Of a stretch of DNA of 64,000 nucleotides, positions 54,321 to 64,000 are shown piece after piece. The notes under the pieces were generated by a model. The model saw nothing but the letters and a program-made list of their open reading frames with translations. It made no database searches and had not been told where the DNA came from. Made by a program: the position numbers and the translations under genes. The stretch covers positions 4,064,001 to 4,128,000 of the forward strand of contig CBDCGL010000011.1 of the NCBI GenBank assembly GCA_965216755.1, in the 5' to 3' direction. The stretch is from Alphaproteobacteria bacterium. Lineage in GTDB: Bacteria; Pseudomonadota; Alphaproteobacteria; UBA7887. Each line of letters begins with the position of its first letter. Within the stretch, counting starts at the first letter, position 1.

Positions 54321-54932
54321 TTGTACGCCTTTGAGACGATACACGGCGGGCTCGAAAAGATATCCCGCTTCGCCGTCTGGGTCGGCGGCTCAGCCCTGTT
54401 GGCGGCCGCGATCATGGTCACGGGCGACGTGCTGTCGCGTAAGTTCTTCGGCATCACCATGAGCGGCTCGGACGAGATCTCGGGGTACATCTTCGCCGGC
54501 GGCACAACCTGGGCCTACTCGTACTGCGCTATCCACAGGTCGAACATTCGCATTGACGCGCTCTACAATCTGCTGCCCAGGGCCGTGCGCGCCATCCTCG
54601 ATGTCGTCGGGCTCAGTTTGCTGTTTGCCTATATAGCGCTGCTGACCGTGCGCGGTTGGCAGGTGTTCGCGACCTCATATGAGCAAAACTCCGTCGCCAT
54701 TTCGACGCTGGCGACGCCGCTCTGGATCCCACAATTGTTCTGGATCACAGGGCTTTCCCTATTCCTCATCACGCTGGGGTTCCTGATCCTTTATTCCGGC
54801 CTTGCCCTCATCAGGGGGCAGCTGGGCACGGTGCAAGCCGTCGCCGGCACGTTGACCGTTCGGGAAGAGATCGCGGAAGAGACACACGGCATCGAGGAGC
54901 TCAAAGACACGCGTAAGGTCGGGAGCGACTGA
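54321..54932 (+). CDS. dctQ: TRAP small permease
   Basis: Four TM segments; GSDEISGY, NIRID and TPLWIPQ motifs. Confidence 0.92.
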   Translation: MYAFETIHGGLEKISRFAVWVGGSALLAAAIMVTGDVLSRKFFGITMSGSDEISGYIFAGGTTWAYSYCAIHRSNIRIDALYNLLPRAVRAILDVVGLSLLFAYIALLTVRGWQVFATSYEQNSVAISTLATPLWIPQLFWITGLSLFLITLGFLILYSGLALIRGQLGTVQAVAGTLTVREEIAEETHGIEELKDTRKVGSD

Positions 54933-54933
54933 C

Positions 54934-56223
54934 GTGGCCGGTTGGATCGTCGTCGCGCTCCTGGTCCTCGTTGTCGCCGCAGTCCCGGTCGCGGCGGTTC
55001 TCGGTATCCTCGCGATAGGTCTCGACCACGTCTATATGGACGGCCGCCTGTCGGTGGCAATCGGCGAATTCACCTGGGACAAAAGCAAGGAGTTCATCCT
55101 TGTCGCGATCCCAATGTTCATTCTGCTCGGCGAGATCATGCTGCGGGCTGGGATCGCGCGGCGCATGTACAACGCGGTGGCGCATTGGCTGTCGTGGCTG
55201 CCGGGCGGTCTGATGCACGCCAATATCGGATCCTGTGCGATCTTCGCCGCGTCCTCCGGTTCAAGCGTGGCCACCGCCGCCACGGTCGGAACCGTTGCCT
55301 ATCCCGAGATCACCAAACGCCATTACAACGAGTCGCTCTTTCTCGGTTCGCTCGCGGCCGGCGGCACGCTCGGAATCCTCATTCCGCCGTCGATCAACCT
55401 CATTATCTACGGCCTGATTACCGATACCTCGGTACCCGAGCTCTATCTCGCCGGCATCGTCCCGGGTTTGATCCTGTCCAGCCTGTTCATTTTCATCATC
55501 TTGGTCGCGTGCCTCGCTCGCCGCGACTGGGGGGGCAAACCGGTCGAGTCAAGTTGGCGGGACCGCATCCGCGCACTGCCGGACCTGCTCCCCCCGATCT
55601 TATTGTTCGGCGTCGTGGTCGGCTCGATCTACGCCGGCGTCGCGACACCGACCGAAGCGGCTTCGGTGGGTGTTTGTTTCGCGCTGCTGCTGGCAGCCTG
55701 GAATCGAACGCTCACGTTTTCGATGCTACGCGAAGCATTCGAGGGCACCATGCGGACCACGGCGATGATCATGCTCATCATACTTGTGGCAGTGTTCCTG
55801 AACTTCATCCTCGGCTTCATGGGCGTGACCCAAGCGCTGATCGGCTTCATCGAGGAACTCGGGTTGACGCCGCTGCAGACGATGATCCTGATCGTGATCT
55901 TCTATTTGATTCTCGGCATGTTCATGGAGACGCTGTCGATGTTGCTGACGACGGTGCCGATCATTTTTCCCCTCATTACACAGCTCGGTTTCGATGGCGT
56001 CTGGTTCGGGATAATGATAACGGTGTTGATGGAGGCGGCGCTGATCACACCGCCAATCGGGGTGAACCTTTACGTGGTCCACGGTATTCGGTCGCGTGGT
56101 GGCCGGTTCAATGACGTGGCCTTCGGCGCGTTACCGTTCGTCATCATGATGATCGTGATGGTGGCCTTGCTGATCGCGTTCCCGCAGATCGCACTTTTTC
56201 TGCCAACGCTGGTCTACCGATAA
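54934..56223 (+). CDS. dctM: TRAP large permease
   Basis: AIPMFIL, GSSVATA, GTLGILIPPS and TPTEA motifs. Confidence 0.95.
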   Translation: MAGWIVVALLVLVVAAVPVAAVLGILAIGLDHVYMDGRLSVAIGEFTWDKSKEFILVAIPMFILLGEIMLRAGIARRMYNAVAHWLSWLPGGLMHANIGSCAIFAASSGSSVATAATVGTVAYPEITKRHYNESLFLGSLAAGGTLGILIPPSINLIIYGLITDTSVPELYLAGIVPGLILSSLFIFIILVACLARRDWGGKPVESSWRDRIRALPDLLPPILLFGVVVGSIYAGVATPTEAASVGVCFALLLAAWNRTLTFSMLREAFEGTMRTTAMIMLIILVAVFLNFILGFMGVTQALIGFIEELGLTPLQTMILIVIFYLILGMFMETLSMLLTTVPIIFPLITQLGFDGVWFGIMITVLMEAALITPPIGVNLYVVHGIRSRGGRFNDVAFGALPFVIMMIVMVALLIAFPQIALFLPTLVYR

Positions 56224-56462
56224 TCTAACGAGTTTTCACCTGCCTCATTGCGGCCGTTCTCGTTGGTCATCAAGTCTACAAGAACGCTGCGCCTCCTTCT
56301 CAGCCATACACCGGAGCAGCGTTCTGCGCCCTTTTGTGGCTATGACTTTTGTCGCTATGAGCCCGCGTGCTTTGCCGGTCCGCCGACAGCCGCAATACCC
56401 CCGATCGCGGGCCTAAGCGCACGCACTCGGCCGGCGACTCTGGACTTATGACTTTTTCGAGT

Positions 56463-57341
56463 TCAATTGAGAGGATTTGCAGCGCTGATTACCCAAGATG
56501 AGCTATCCATGACAATTCCTTCATCGGAGACCTTCTGTAGATCGATCGCTTCGGCGAGCGCTGCTTCTATCTCGGCGCGCCTGTGCTCGGCCTCTCTTCC
56601 AGCCTCTCTGAAAACCTCGCCAGCAGGGCCAATTGCCAGTTGAAAAGCAACGGCGTCCTCCACGTCGTTGCCAATCAACACCTGCGCGTCCACCCGGCGA
56701 AACTCGATGTCCTCGTAGCCGGCCGACCGCATCATTCCGCGAACCGTTTGCTCGTTTGACATAGAAAACGGGCCTGGACCGCAAGTTTGAGCATCTTCTC
56801 CCGGCGGCGGCAGAAACCTCAGGACTACGTCCTTCGCCATTGATAGCCACGGATTGTCTTCTCGGTCGCGCCAGACGATATGCACCATCCGGCCACCCGG
56901 CCTTAAGGCAAGCCGCATATTCCGCATCGCCACCACGGGATTGGTGAAAAACATGGTGCCGAAACGAGAGAACACAAAATCGAATTCATTTATTGGCAAC
57001 GCAATCTCCGCATCGCCTCTTTGAAAGCTGACGTTGGAAATTTCCTTCTCGCTGGCATCCTCTTTCGCGAAGTCCAAGAAAGCATCGCAGCAATCAATCC
57101 CGACCACATGACCGGTAGGTCCGACCAACTTGGCTAGTTTGATCGCGGTATCGCCAAAACCGCAACCAACATCCAACACCCTGTCGCCTTCCTGGACGGG
57201 AAGCGTCGGAAATATCGCTTCACTGTGATGTGTCAAACCATCGACCAAGACGTGCTTAAACCGAATGAATTTCGGCGCCAAAACCTCATTCCAAAACCTA
57301 ACAAATTCAGTGTCTTCGTTTGCGAACGCGGGCTCGCTCAT
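56463..57341 (-). CDS. Class I SAM-dependent methyltransferase
   Basis: VLDVGCGFG and FDFVFSRFGTMFF motifs. Confidence 0.92.
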   Translation of the reverse strand: MSEPAFANEDTEFVRFWNEVLAPKFIRFKHVLVDGLTHHSEAIFPTLPVQEGDRVLDVGCGFGDTAIKLAKLVGPTGHVVGIDCCDAFLDFAKEDASEKEISNVSFQRGDAEIALPINEFDFVFSRFGTMFFTNPVVAMRNMRLALRPGGRMVHIVWRDREDNPWLSMAKDVVLRFLPPPGEDAQTCGPGPFSMSNEQTVRGMMRSAGYEDIEFRRVDAQVLIGNDVEDAVAFQLAIGPAGEVFREAGREAEHRRAEIEAALAEAIDLQKVSDEGIVMDSSSWVISAANPLN

Positions 57342-57724
57342 CTCACCATTCCTCGTGCCAAAGAAGGGTTAGCCGCACAAATGACACGGACATTCTTTTT
57401 GTAGGCGATCCGAAATGCAAGATGGAAGGTTCCATTACAGGGTTCTGGTAATTCGCAGGCCTATGTCTTGCGCCCATGTGTAACCTCAAGCGTCATCACA
57501 ATGCGCAAAATCACGCTGTCGTCACAGGACCGCTTAGGGCAGCTCTTGGCTAGTTCTAACCGTCTGACCTGGTTGGAAAATATGTCAGCCAAGGCACCCA
57601 CACCGGACGATCGATCTACTTTCTGGCCTCAACCGCCCCCAACGCCGCGTCGACTTTCTTGCCGATCCGATAGCGTTCCAGCGCTGTCCGGCCACGCGGC
57701 CAGGCCTCGGATGGGGCGTCCAAT

Positions 57725-57871
57725 TCGATCAGGCGGGCGACAAATCGTCGACGTTCTTCCATGACCGAACTCTCTTTCCACGGCATCAACACCTCCGGCC
57801 CCACGAATTTGGCCAAAAGTGTTACCGATGTGTCCGGTACAAAACGTCACCTATCTCTCAGGTCGGTCACA
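57725..57871 (-). mobile_element. IS481-family left end with truncated transposase
   Basis: End reads TGTGACCGACCTGAGAGATAGGTGAC on the minus strand; MPWKESSVMEERRRFVARL N-terminus, then unrelated sequence. Confidence 0.75.
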
Positions 57872-57969
57872 ATGTCTTGTGGCAGATTTAATTCCTGATG
57901 GATCTGGTCGAGTGACCAAGAAGCGACCAGCGGGTTGGAGTATGCTGAAACCTGCCCGACGTCCTCACA

Positions 57970-58137
57970 CTACTCGGGCTCACCGCCACGGAAGACCCTG
58001 TCGTGCATCGCCACGATCCAATTCCCGTGGCTGTGAAAACTATCGCCTGGCACGTCGGCGGGCTTTGTCTCCCGAAACATACCCAGTTCGCTACCGGCCA
58101 GTTCAATCGCCTTCAGGGCACCGTGACTGGAAAGTCC
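57970..58137 (-). pseudogene. Possible phage terminase small-subunit remnant
   Basis: ALKAIELAGSELGMFRE resembles the ALELLGKxLGMF motif; no start codon or N-terminus. Confidence 0.35.
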
Positions 58138-58788
58138 CTAAGCTTGGACTGCTTTGCCCCACAAACCGGAGCTGGGCTCCATCTGCCTCCGATGCGTGCT
58201 GTTGTGAAGTGTTCAATGACCCTAACGCGACATTTGTCACCCAAGTCAGTTGCCTACCCATGCGGAATGGGCCTATTCCACGGTGCCCCAATCATCCGCA
58301 AACACGGGAGGCATTCGAACGATGGTACCGGGTCGCCAAGGACCGGCTACTGTCAGAGGCCGGTTTTCCGCCATACGACCCCAGGCCCAGATTCAAGTGT
58401 TCGTCGGCGACGACCATCAATGGCGATATCATGAGAGCCTCGACATCTAGCACCTGTCGGTGTCTATTGCGGGCGGGGAATGACTCCACTCCTGGCACGG
58501 AAGGGAATCGAATGGCAAGCCGTTTGAGTATGGCGCGTTCGTTACGTCAAAGCCGCCACCTAACCGAAGAGCCAGATGAACCTGACGCGCCGTCATCGAA
58601 CGGGATACGGTGTCATAATGAGTCTGACAACTGACATTATGTTCATTCTCGATATTGTGCGCCCGAAGCGGGGTCGTCACAGCTGGATAATCGCTACAAT
58701 GCCCCCAGTATCTGAAGCACCATGGTGAGGCTTCTCCAGGTAAGCGTGTGTTGAAAACTGGGAAGATCAGGACAACACAAAGGCCGCT

Positions 58789-59706
58789 ATGTCACTCGCG
58801 CGCTACAGATACTTTGAGAAAGTCGCACGACTTGGTTCGATCCGTAGGGCTGCTGAAGTTCTCCACGTTGCCCCATCGGCAATCAGCCGCCAGATCGGCC
58901 TTCTTGAAGATGAGTTCGGAACCGAACTGCTTGAACGTGGCACGCGCGGAGTGCGCTTGACATCCAGTGGAGAGGTTCTTCTCCGACAAGCCTGCAACAT
59001 TCTTGACGCGCATAACCAAGCAAGATCCTCAATCGACGATCTTGGTAAATTGAGGCGCGGACATGTCTGTGTGTGGAGCATGGAGGGGATGGTGAAGGAT
59101 TTCGTCGCTCCGGTTCTTGCAGAATTCCAGTCCGAATTTCCTGGAGTCACCGCCGAGCTTATTATCGCAAGTTCCGACAGAGTTGACGAAGCGCTTTTGC
59201 GCGATGATGCCGATATCGGGATTTCTTTTAATGCGCCCGTCGCTCAAGGAGTAACCGCAAAAGCCGAAATCGCGGATCCATTATTCGTTGTCATGCACCC
59301 AGACCATGATAATGCGAAGAAATCTAAGCTCTCGCTTCATGACTTGGTCGATTGGCCGATTGCCTTGGCAGAGAAATCATTTGGAATCCGCCACGCCGTA
59401 GACGCGGTAGCCGCTGCACTGAACCTGGATTTGAGGCCGGCGCTTGTCACAAACTCGATCGAGGCGTTGCGGGAATTCGCCCGGCTTGGCACAGGGGTTA
59501 CGATCCTGACGAAACTATGGGTGAAGCAAGACTTGGAAATGCAGCGTCTTGCTGCAGTCCCCTTTCGCGAGCAAGAATTGCGGGAAACTGGTGTGAAAAT
59601 CTGCATACGGCAAAATCGGCGACTTCCTATCGCCACGTCCGAGTTGCTCCGGCGTTTCGCGAAAGCTAGCCAGAATGCGTTTACGCCTGTAGGGGGCGGG
59701 AAGTAG
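58789..59706 (+). CDS. LysR family transcriptional regulator
   Basis: GSIRRAAEVLHVAPSAISRQI HTH; substrate-binding domain. Confidence 0.94.
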   Translation: MSLARYRYFEKVARLGSIRRAAEVLHVAPSAISRQIGLLEDEFGTELLERGTRGVRLTSSGEVLLRQACNILDAHNQARSSIDDLGKLRRGHVCVWSMEGMVKDFVAPVLAEFQSEFPGVTAELIIASSDRVDEALLRDDADIGISFNAPVAQGVTAKAEIADPLFVVMHPDHDNAKKSKLSLHDLVDWPIALAEKSFGIRHAVDAVAAALNLDLRPALVTNSIEALREFARLGTGVTILTKLWVKQDLEMQRLAAVPFREQELRETGVKICIRQNRRLPIATSELLRRFAKASQNAFTPVGGGK

Positions 59707-59731
59707 GGTGTAAGCAAATCGAGGATTCAGA

Positions 59732-59765
59732 TTGGCATCGGTCTGGCCGGTCAAACCGATGCCAA
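59732..59765. terminator. Hairpin between convergent LysR and sdaA
   Basis: TTGGCATCGGT...ACCGATGCCAA 11-bp stem. Confidence 0.6.
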
Positions 59766-59812
59766 CTAAGCGTCAAACGATCTAACGCTGTCCCGTGCTC
59801 CCGCGTATTTTG

Positions 59813-60750
59813 TCAGCACTCCGGCAGATTGACAGCCAGGCCACCAAGGCTGGTCTCTTTGTATTTCTCGCTCATATCCACGCCGGTCCGGCGCATGCTC
59901 TCGATGCAGTTATCAAGCGGCATGAAGTGTGTTCCATCACCCCGTAGCGCGAGCGAGGCAGCCGCAACCGCCTTGATCGCACCCAGCCCGTTGCGCTCGA
60001 TGCAAGGTACCTGAACGAGCCCGTTCACCGGGTCACAGGTCAAGCCGAGATGATGCGCAAGCGCGATTTCGGCGGCGTTCTCGATTTGCGCATTGGTCCC
60101 GCCAAGGACGGCGCAAAGACCGGCGGCGGCCATCGCCGAGGCGGATCCGATCTCGCCTTGGCAGCCAACCTCGGCGCTTGAGATAGAGGCGTTGTGCTTG
60201 ATAAGTCCGCCGATGGCCGCGGCGGTCAGCAGGAATTCACCGATCTTCACCGGCGCGGCATCCGCGCAATGGTCAAAATAGTAGCGCAGCACGGCGGGGG
60301 TCGCGCCTGCGGCTCCGTTTGTGGGCGCTGTTACAATGCGACTACCGGCGGCATTTTCCTCGTTAACCACCATGGCGTAGACCGAAATCCAGTCATTCAC
60401 CGCATGGGGATTGGTTTCGTTGCGTCCCACTTCAGCGGCCAGTTGGGCGCGCATTGCGGCGGTCCTGCGGCGCACTTTCAATCCACCTGGCAACTCGCCT
60501 TGGCGGTTCAGTCCGCGCTCGATGGAATCGCGCATCACCCTCCAAATCGTTTTAAGCCTGCCGTCCAGTTCGTCGGCCGACCGCACGCACAGTTCGTTCG
60601 CCCGCTTCATCTCGGCGACGGTCTTGCCGAAAGTATCACCAAGGTGCTTCATCTGGGCAGCGTTGGAGAAGGGATGGGGCAATTTGTTTTAGGTGCCGGC
60701 GGCTTATCGGCACGAAGCCGTTCCATCCCTTGCTCAGTCAATACGAAGCC
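59813..60750 (-). pseudogene. sdaA: L-serine ammonia-lyase, 5'-truncated
   Basis: NEENAAG, TAPTNG, GCQGE, TCDPV, PCIERN and YKETSLGGL motifs; N-terminal domain missing; GFVLTE lies in another frame. Confidence 0.85.
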
Positions 60751-61125
60751 GCGGCGTCAGTGCTTCGCCAAAGGCCACGGCCTTGGCGGCAATCACGTGC
60801 ATCAACGGGCCGCTCTGAAGACCAGGGAAAACAGCAGAGTTGATCTTCTCCAGCGCCCCGTCATTGGTCAGAATCAACCCGCAGCGCGGACCACGCAGTG
60901 TCTTGTGCGTAGCCGACGTCACCACATGTGCGTGCGGTAGCGGCGAGGGATGATGCCCGTCGCCACGAGACCGGCGATGCGCGCCATGTCAACCAGCAAC
61001 CACGCGTCTACGCCGTCGGCGATTTGCCGAAACTTGCCGAAATCAATCACCCGCGAATAGGCCGATGCGCCCGCAATTATCATCTTTGGCTTCGCGGCCT
61101 CGGCCTGGCGCGCGGCTTCCGCGGC
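60734..61125 (-). pseudogene. glyA: Serine hydroxymethyltransferase internal fragment
   Basis: [27 protein letters not shown], frameshift near 60958, THKTLRGPR and [18 protein letters not shown]. Confidence 0.9.
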
Positions 61126-61868
61126 GAGGGCGGCGGCGAGTGGCCTGTCGTGGTCCGTTGTCCGAAATAGGCCGCATGCACGGCATCGCTATCCAAAAGC
61201 TCAGCCGCAGAACCCGACGCGACGATGCGACCCTTGGACAGGACGTAACCGCGGTCTGCAATATCCAGTGTTTGCCGTACATTTTGCTCGACAAGGAATA
61301 TGGTCACGCCGCGCTCTTTGATGCGCTGGATGGTGGCGAAATTCTCTTCGACCAGAAGTGGCGACAGTCCGAGAGAAGGCTCATCGATCAACAACAGCGA
61401 CGGCGCCGCCATGAGCCCCCTACCAATCGACACCATCGCTTGTTCGCCACCCGACAATGTACCAGCTAACTGCCATCGACGTTCGCGCAAACGTGGAAAC
61501 ACATCGAAGACCTCGACCATTCGCGCGCCGACCACCTGGCGCTGCGTTTCCTTGTAGCCGCCGATAATGAGGTTTTCTTCCACGCTGAGCTTGGGAAACA
61601 TCTTGCGGCCTTCGGGGATGCAGGAGATGCCGGTCCGGACAATGCGGTGAGTCGGCAAGCGCGTAATGTCTCGGCCACCGAATGTCGTGCGGCCGCGTCG
61701 GGCACGGGTCAGACCCAAGATGGTGCGGATCAGCGTGGTCTTGCCCGACCCGTTCGATCCCAGCAGACAGGTGATCGCACCGGCCTCGACGGTCAGCGAC
61801 ACGCCTTCGAGCACATCGGCTCTGTCGTAGCCGGCATAGACGCCCTCGACGGTCAGGTCGGCTGTCAT
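61080..61868 (-). CDS. livF: Branched-chain amino acid ABC transporter ATPase
   Basis: [17 protein letters not shown] and DEPSLGLSP motifs; C-terminus reads on into the glyA relic. Confidence 0.9.
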   Translation of the reverse strand: MTADLTVEGVYAGYDRADVLEGVSLTVEAGAITCLLGSNGSGKTTLIRTILGLTRARRGRTTFGGRDITRLPTHRIVRTGISCIPEGRKMFPKLSVEENLIIGGYKETQRQVVGARMVEVFDVFPRLRERRWQLAGTLSGGEQAMVSIGRGLMAAPSLLLIDEPSLGLSPLLVEENFATIQRIKERGVTIFLVEQNVRQTLDIADRGYVLSKGRIVASGSAAELLDSDAVHAAYFGQRTTTGHSPPPSPRKPRARPRPRSQR

Positions 61869-61869
61869 G

Positions 61870-62643
61870 TTATGCCTCGCCCAAATAAGCCGTGCGCACG
61901 TCGGCGGCGGCGGCGATCTCGCTATACGTCCCCTCGGCAATGAGTCGGCCATAGTTGAGAACTGCGCAGCGGTCGGTGACGCGTTCGATCACGCCCATCT
62001 CATGCTCTACGATGACAATCGATATGCCCGCGATACGCTCACGAACGGCGAGGATGTCGTCCATCAATTCGCGGGTTTCCTCGTGCGTCATTCCGGCCGA
62101 CGGCTCGTCCAACAACAACAGGCGGGGCTCGTTGATCAGTGCGCGGCAGATTTCTATCCGGCGCCGGTCGATCATGGGAAATCCCCCTGCCGGTTCGAAC
62201 AGACGGTCGCCTAATGTCGCACTGAACGTTCCCGCCAGCTCCCGGGCCTTCTCGACCCATAATTCGGCTTCGCGCCGGAACGCGCCTCGGCGCAATAGAT
62301 TGAAAACAAGGCCGTGGTTCAGACGCGCGTGGTTCCCGATCATCAGATTGTCGAAGATCGAGAGCGGCAGGCAAAGGCGCGAACGTTGAAACGTGCGCGC
62401 AATCCCGGCGCGGTATATGCGTTGCGGCGAATGACGTGAAATGTCGTGACCGTCGAAAACGATGCCACCGCCGCTCGCGCGATAGATTCCGGTAACGACA
62501 TTGAAGCAAGTCGTCTTGCCGGACCCGTTTGGACCGATCAGTCCGACAATCTCGGATTCACCGATGCTGAGCATCAATCCATCCAAGGCGACAACGCCGC
62601 CGAAACGCATGGTCAGGTCGTTCAGTTCGAGCAAGCCTGTCAT
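61870..62643 (-). CDS. livG: Branched-chain amino acid ABC transporter ATPase
   Basis: GPNGSGKTT, IARTFQ and LDEPSAG motifs. Confidence 0.93.
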   Translation of the reverse strand: MTGLLELNDLTMRFGGVVALDGLMLSIGESEIVGLIGPNGSGKTTCFNVVTGIYRASGGGIVFDGHDISRHSPQRIYRAGIARTFQRSRLCLPLSIFDNLMIGNHARLNHGLVFNLLRRGAFRREAELWVEKARELAGTFSATLGDRLFEPAGGFPMIDRRRIEICRALINEPRLLLLDEPSAGMTHEETRELMDDILAVRERIAGISIVIVEHEMGVIERVTDRCAVLNYGRLIAEGTYSEIAAAADVRTAYLGEA

Positions 62644-63803
62644 CGGCGCCCGAGCGCAGGGAAATATTCCCTTAGCTGGCGAGGTATCAATCCGCCCGGC
62701 CGGAATAACAGAATCAAAATCACAAGCGCCGCAAACAGCAGGTAACGGTATTCCTGAATGGCCTGCAGCTTCTCGGGAAGCACGATAACGATGGCACAGG
62801 CGAGCGCGGCGCCCCAAATACTGCCGAGCCCGCCGAGCACCACGATCGAAACGAATATCAGGGAATCGCCGAACGTAAAGTTATCCGGCGCGATATACCC
62901 GATCATCATGCCGAAAAGGGCGCCTGCCATCCCAATCAGAATGTTACCAGTGGTAAATGCGATGATCTTCCAGCGCACGATATTGACGCCGAAACACCGG
63001 GCGGCGACTTCGTCGAGCCGCAATGCATCCAGGTTGAGGCCGATCCACGACCGGTCAATTCGCCGGGTAATCCCAAAGGCGACGATCAGCAGGACAAGGG
63101 CACCGAGAACGTAGTTGATGTAGAATGACAGCTCGATGTCGTCCGACAGCTCGATCCATTCGTTGAACTCCCATCCGAGAATCGACATCCCCCCGACGGG
63201 CAACCCCTGGGGCCCGCCGAGCGCGTCGTTGACCTCGAGAAACGTCTTGAACAGGAGCACGAACGCGATTGTCACCAGGGCCGCATAATGGCCACGTGTT
63301 CTGAGCACGGGCCAGATGATCAGCGCGCCGATCGCGGCGGCGAAAAGCCCGCCGGCCAGAACAATAAGGATCGGCGCCAGCGCGCCGTGCTGTGTGAGAA
63401 TGGCGGCGGTATAACAACCGGTACCGAAGAATGCGGCGCCGGCGAAATTGAGCAAGCCCGCGAAACCGAGCTGAATGCTCAAGCCCAGACAGGCTACGAG
63501 ATAGATCAATACGGTCGCGATCAATAGCAGAACGAAGTCTTCCTCATAGAACACGCCCGTCATGACGATCACCGCGAAGAACGCGACCGTGTCGACCACA
63601 CCGCCTGCCCTCTTGCTTGCCTCGGTGAGCCGCGCACCAAGTGGCGACAACCCAACGGCGAGCGCGACCAGTCCCGCACCGCCCAGCATGATCAAGACCC
63701 AAGTCTCGGATTCGATCAACATGAAGACGATAGCGTAGGCGGTCGCGACGACGCCGAAGGCAAGCACCCAGAGACGATCGGCGAGTGTGCTGGATTCCGG
63801 CAT
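62640..63803 (-). CDS. livM: Branched-chain amino acid ABC permease
   Basis: LGFAGLLNF, RTRGHYAALVTIAF and VVLGGLGS motifs. Confidence 0.92.
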   Translation of the reverse strand: MPESSTLADRLWVLAFGVVATAYAIVFMLIESETWVLIMLGGAGLVALAVGLSPLGARLTEASKRAGGVVDTVAFFAVIVMTGVFYEEDFVLLLIATVLIYLVACLGLSIQLGFAGLLNFAGAAFFGTGCYTAAILTQHGALAPILIVLAGGLFAAAIGALIIWPVLRTRGHYAALVTIAFVLLFKTFLEVNDALGGPQGLPVGGMSILGWEFNEWIELSDDIELSFYINYVLGALVLLIVAFGITRRIDRSWIGLNLDALRLDEVAARCFGVNIVRWKIIAFTTGNILIGMAGALFGMMIGYIAPDNFTFGDSLIFVSIVVLGGLGSIWGAALACAIVIVLPEKLQAIQEYRYLLFAALVILILLFRPGGLIPRQLREYFPALGRR

Positions 63804-63809
63804 CGGATC

Positions 63810-64000
63810 TCAGACTCTCTCGCTTTCTTTTTCGGCGACCAGCCCGGTCGGCCTCCAGGCGATGAGAAGGATCACCACGCCAAATGCGAAGACATCCTTG
63901 TAAGCGCTCGCGAATGGTAGCGCGATCGCACCGATCGTCTGCAGCGCTGCAAACAGGAAGCCGCCGAGAATAGCGCCGTAAATGTTGCCCAGACCACCGA
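63810..64000 (-). CDS. livH: Branched-chain amino acid ABC permease, 3' part
   Basis: GGLGNIYGAILGG...YKDVFAF...WRPTGL C-terminus; runs off the window. Confidence 0.85.
   Translation of the reverse strand, partial: GGLGNIYGAILGGFLFAALQTIGAIALPFASAYKDVFAFGVVILLIAWRPTGLVAEKESERV

Larger units (their letters stand above)
51036..64000. mobile_element. Decayed genomic island integrated at tRNA-Lys (right end not in window)
   Basis: att-like motifs after the tRNA, orphan ORFs, IS scars, pseudogenes and patches of different composition; no integrase seen. Confidence 0.65.

Noticed and set aside
54942-56114. 390-aa Arg-rich ORF overlapping dctM
   Set aside because: Alternative-frame artefact of GC-rich codon usage
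58250-58450. Glutathione S-transferase remnant
   Set aside because: The resemblance needs several frameshifts; too weak to call
57819-58634. 271-aa ORF
   Set aside because: Starts inside the IS481 end, has low-information composition and spans debris

Overview
High-GC alphaproteobacterial chromosome segment, probably Rhodospirillales-like (two-piece permuted tmRNA next to sspB, thyX, alpha-type LexA box). There are three zones. (1) 1-20 kb is accessory metabolism and sensing: a Nramp-like permease, an orphan TRAP binding protein, a soluble globin-coupled chemoreceptor with a CheY-like regulator, a hybrid kinase, a hemerythrin, several pseudogenes, and a 123-bp palindromic element with iterated GANTC-containing ends. 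(2) 20-51 kb is core housekeeping: AsmA, fumA, sspB, ssrA, thyX, mrp, hflKC, degP, serB, miaA, ilvB/ilvN/ilvC (split by an inverted TPR gene), leuA with a Leu-rich leader, and mreBCD-mrdA-rodA. (3) After tRNA-Lys(CTT) at 50960 lies a decaying island: att-like IHF and arm-type sites, a LexA-boxed small ORF, IS3/IS481 and terminase-like scars, a TRAP operon, a methyltransferase, a LysR regulator, and a deletion-fused glyA/sdaA relic behind a liv ABC operon. I saw no CRISPR array and no intact integrase or transposase. All family calls come from recognising motifs by eye; no database search was run.
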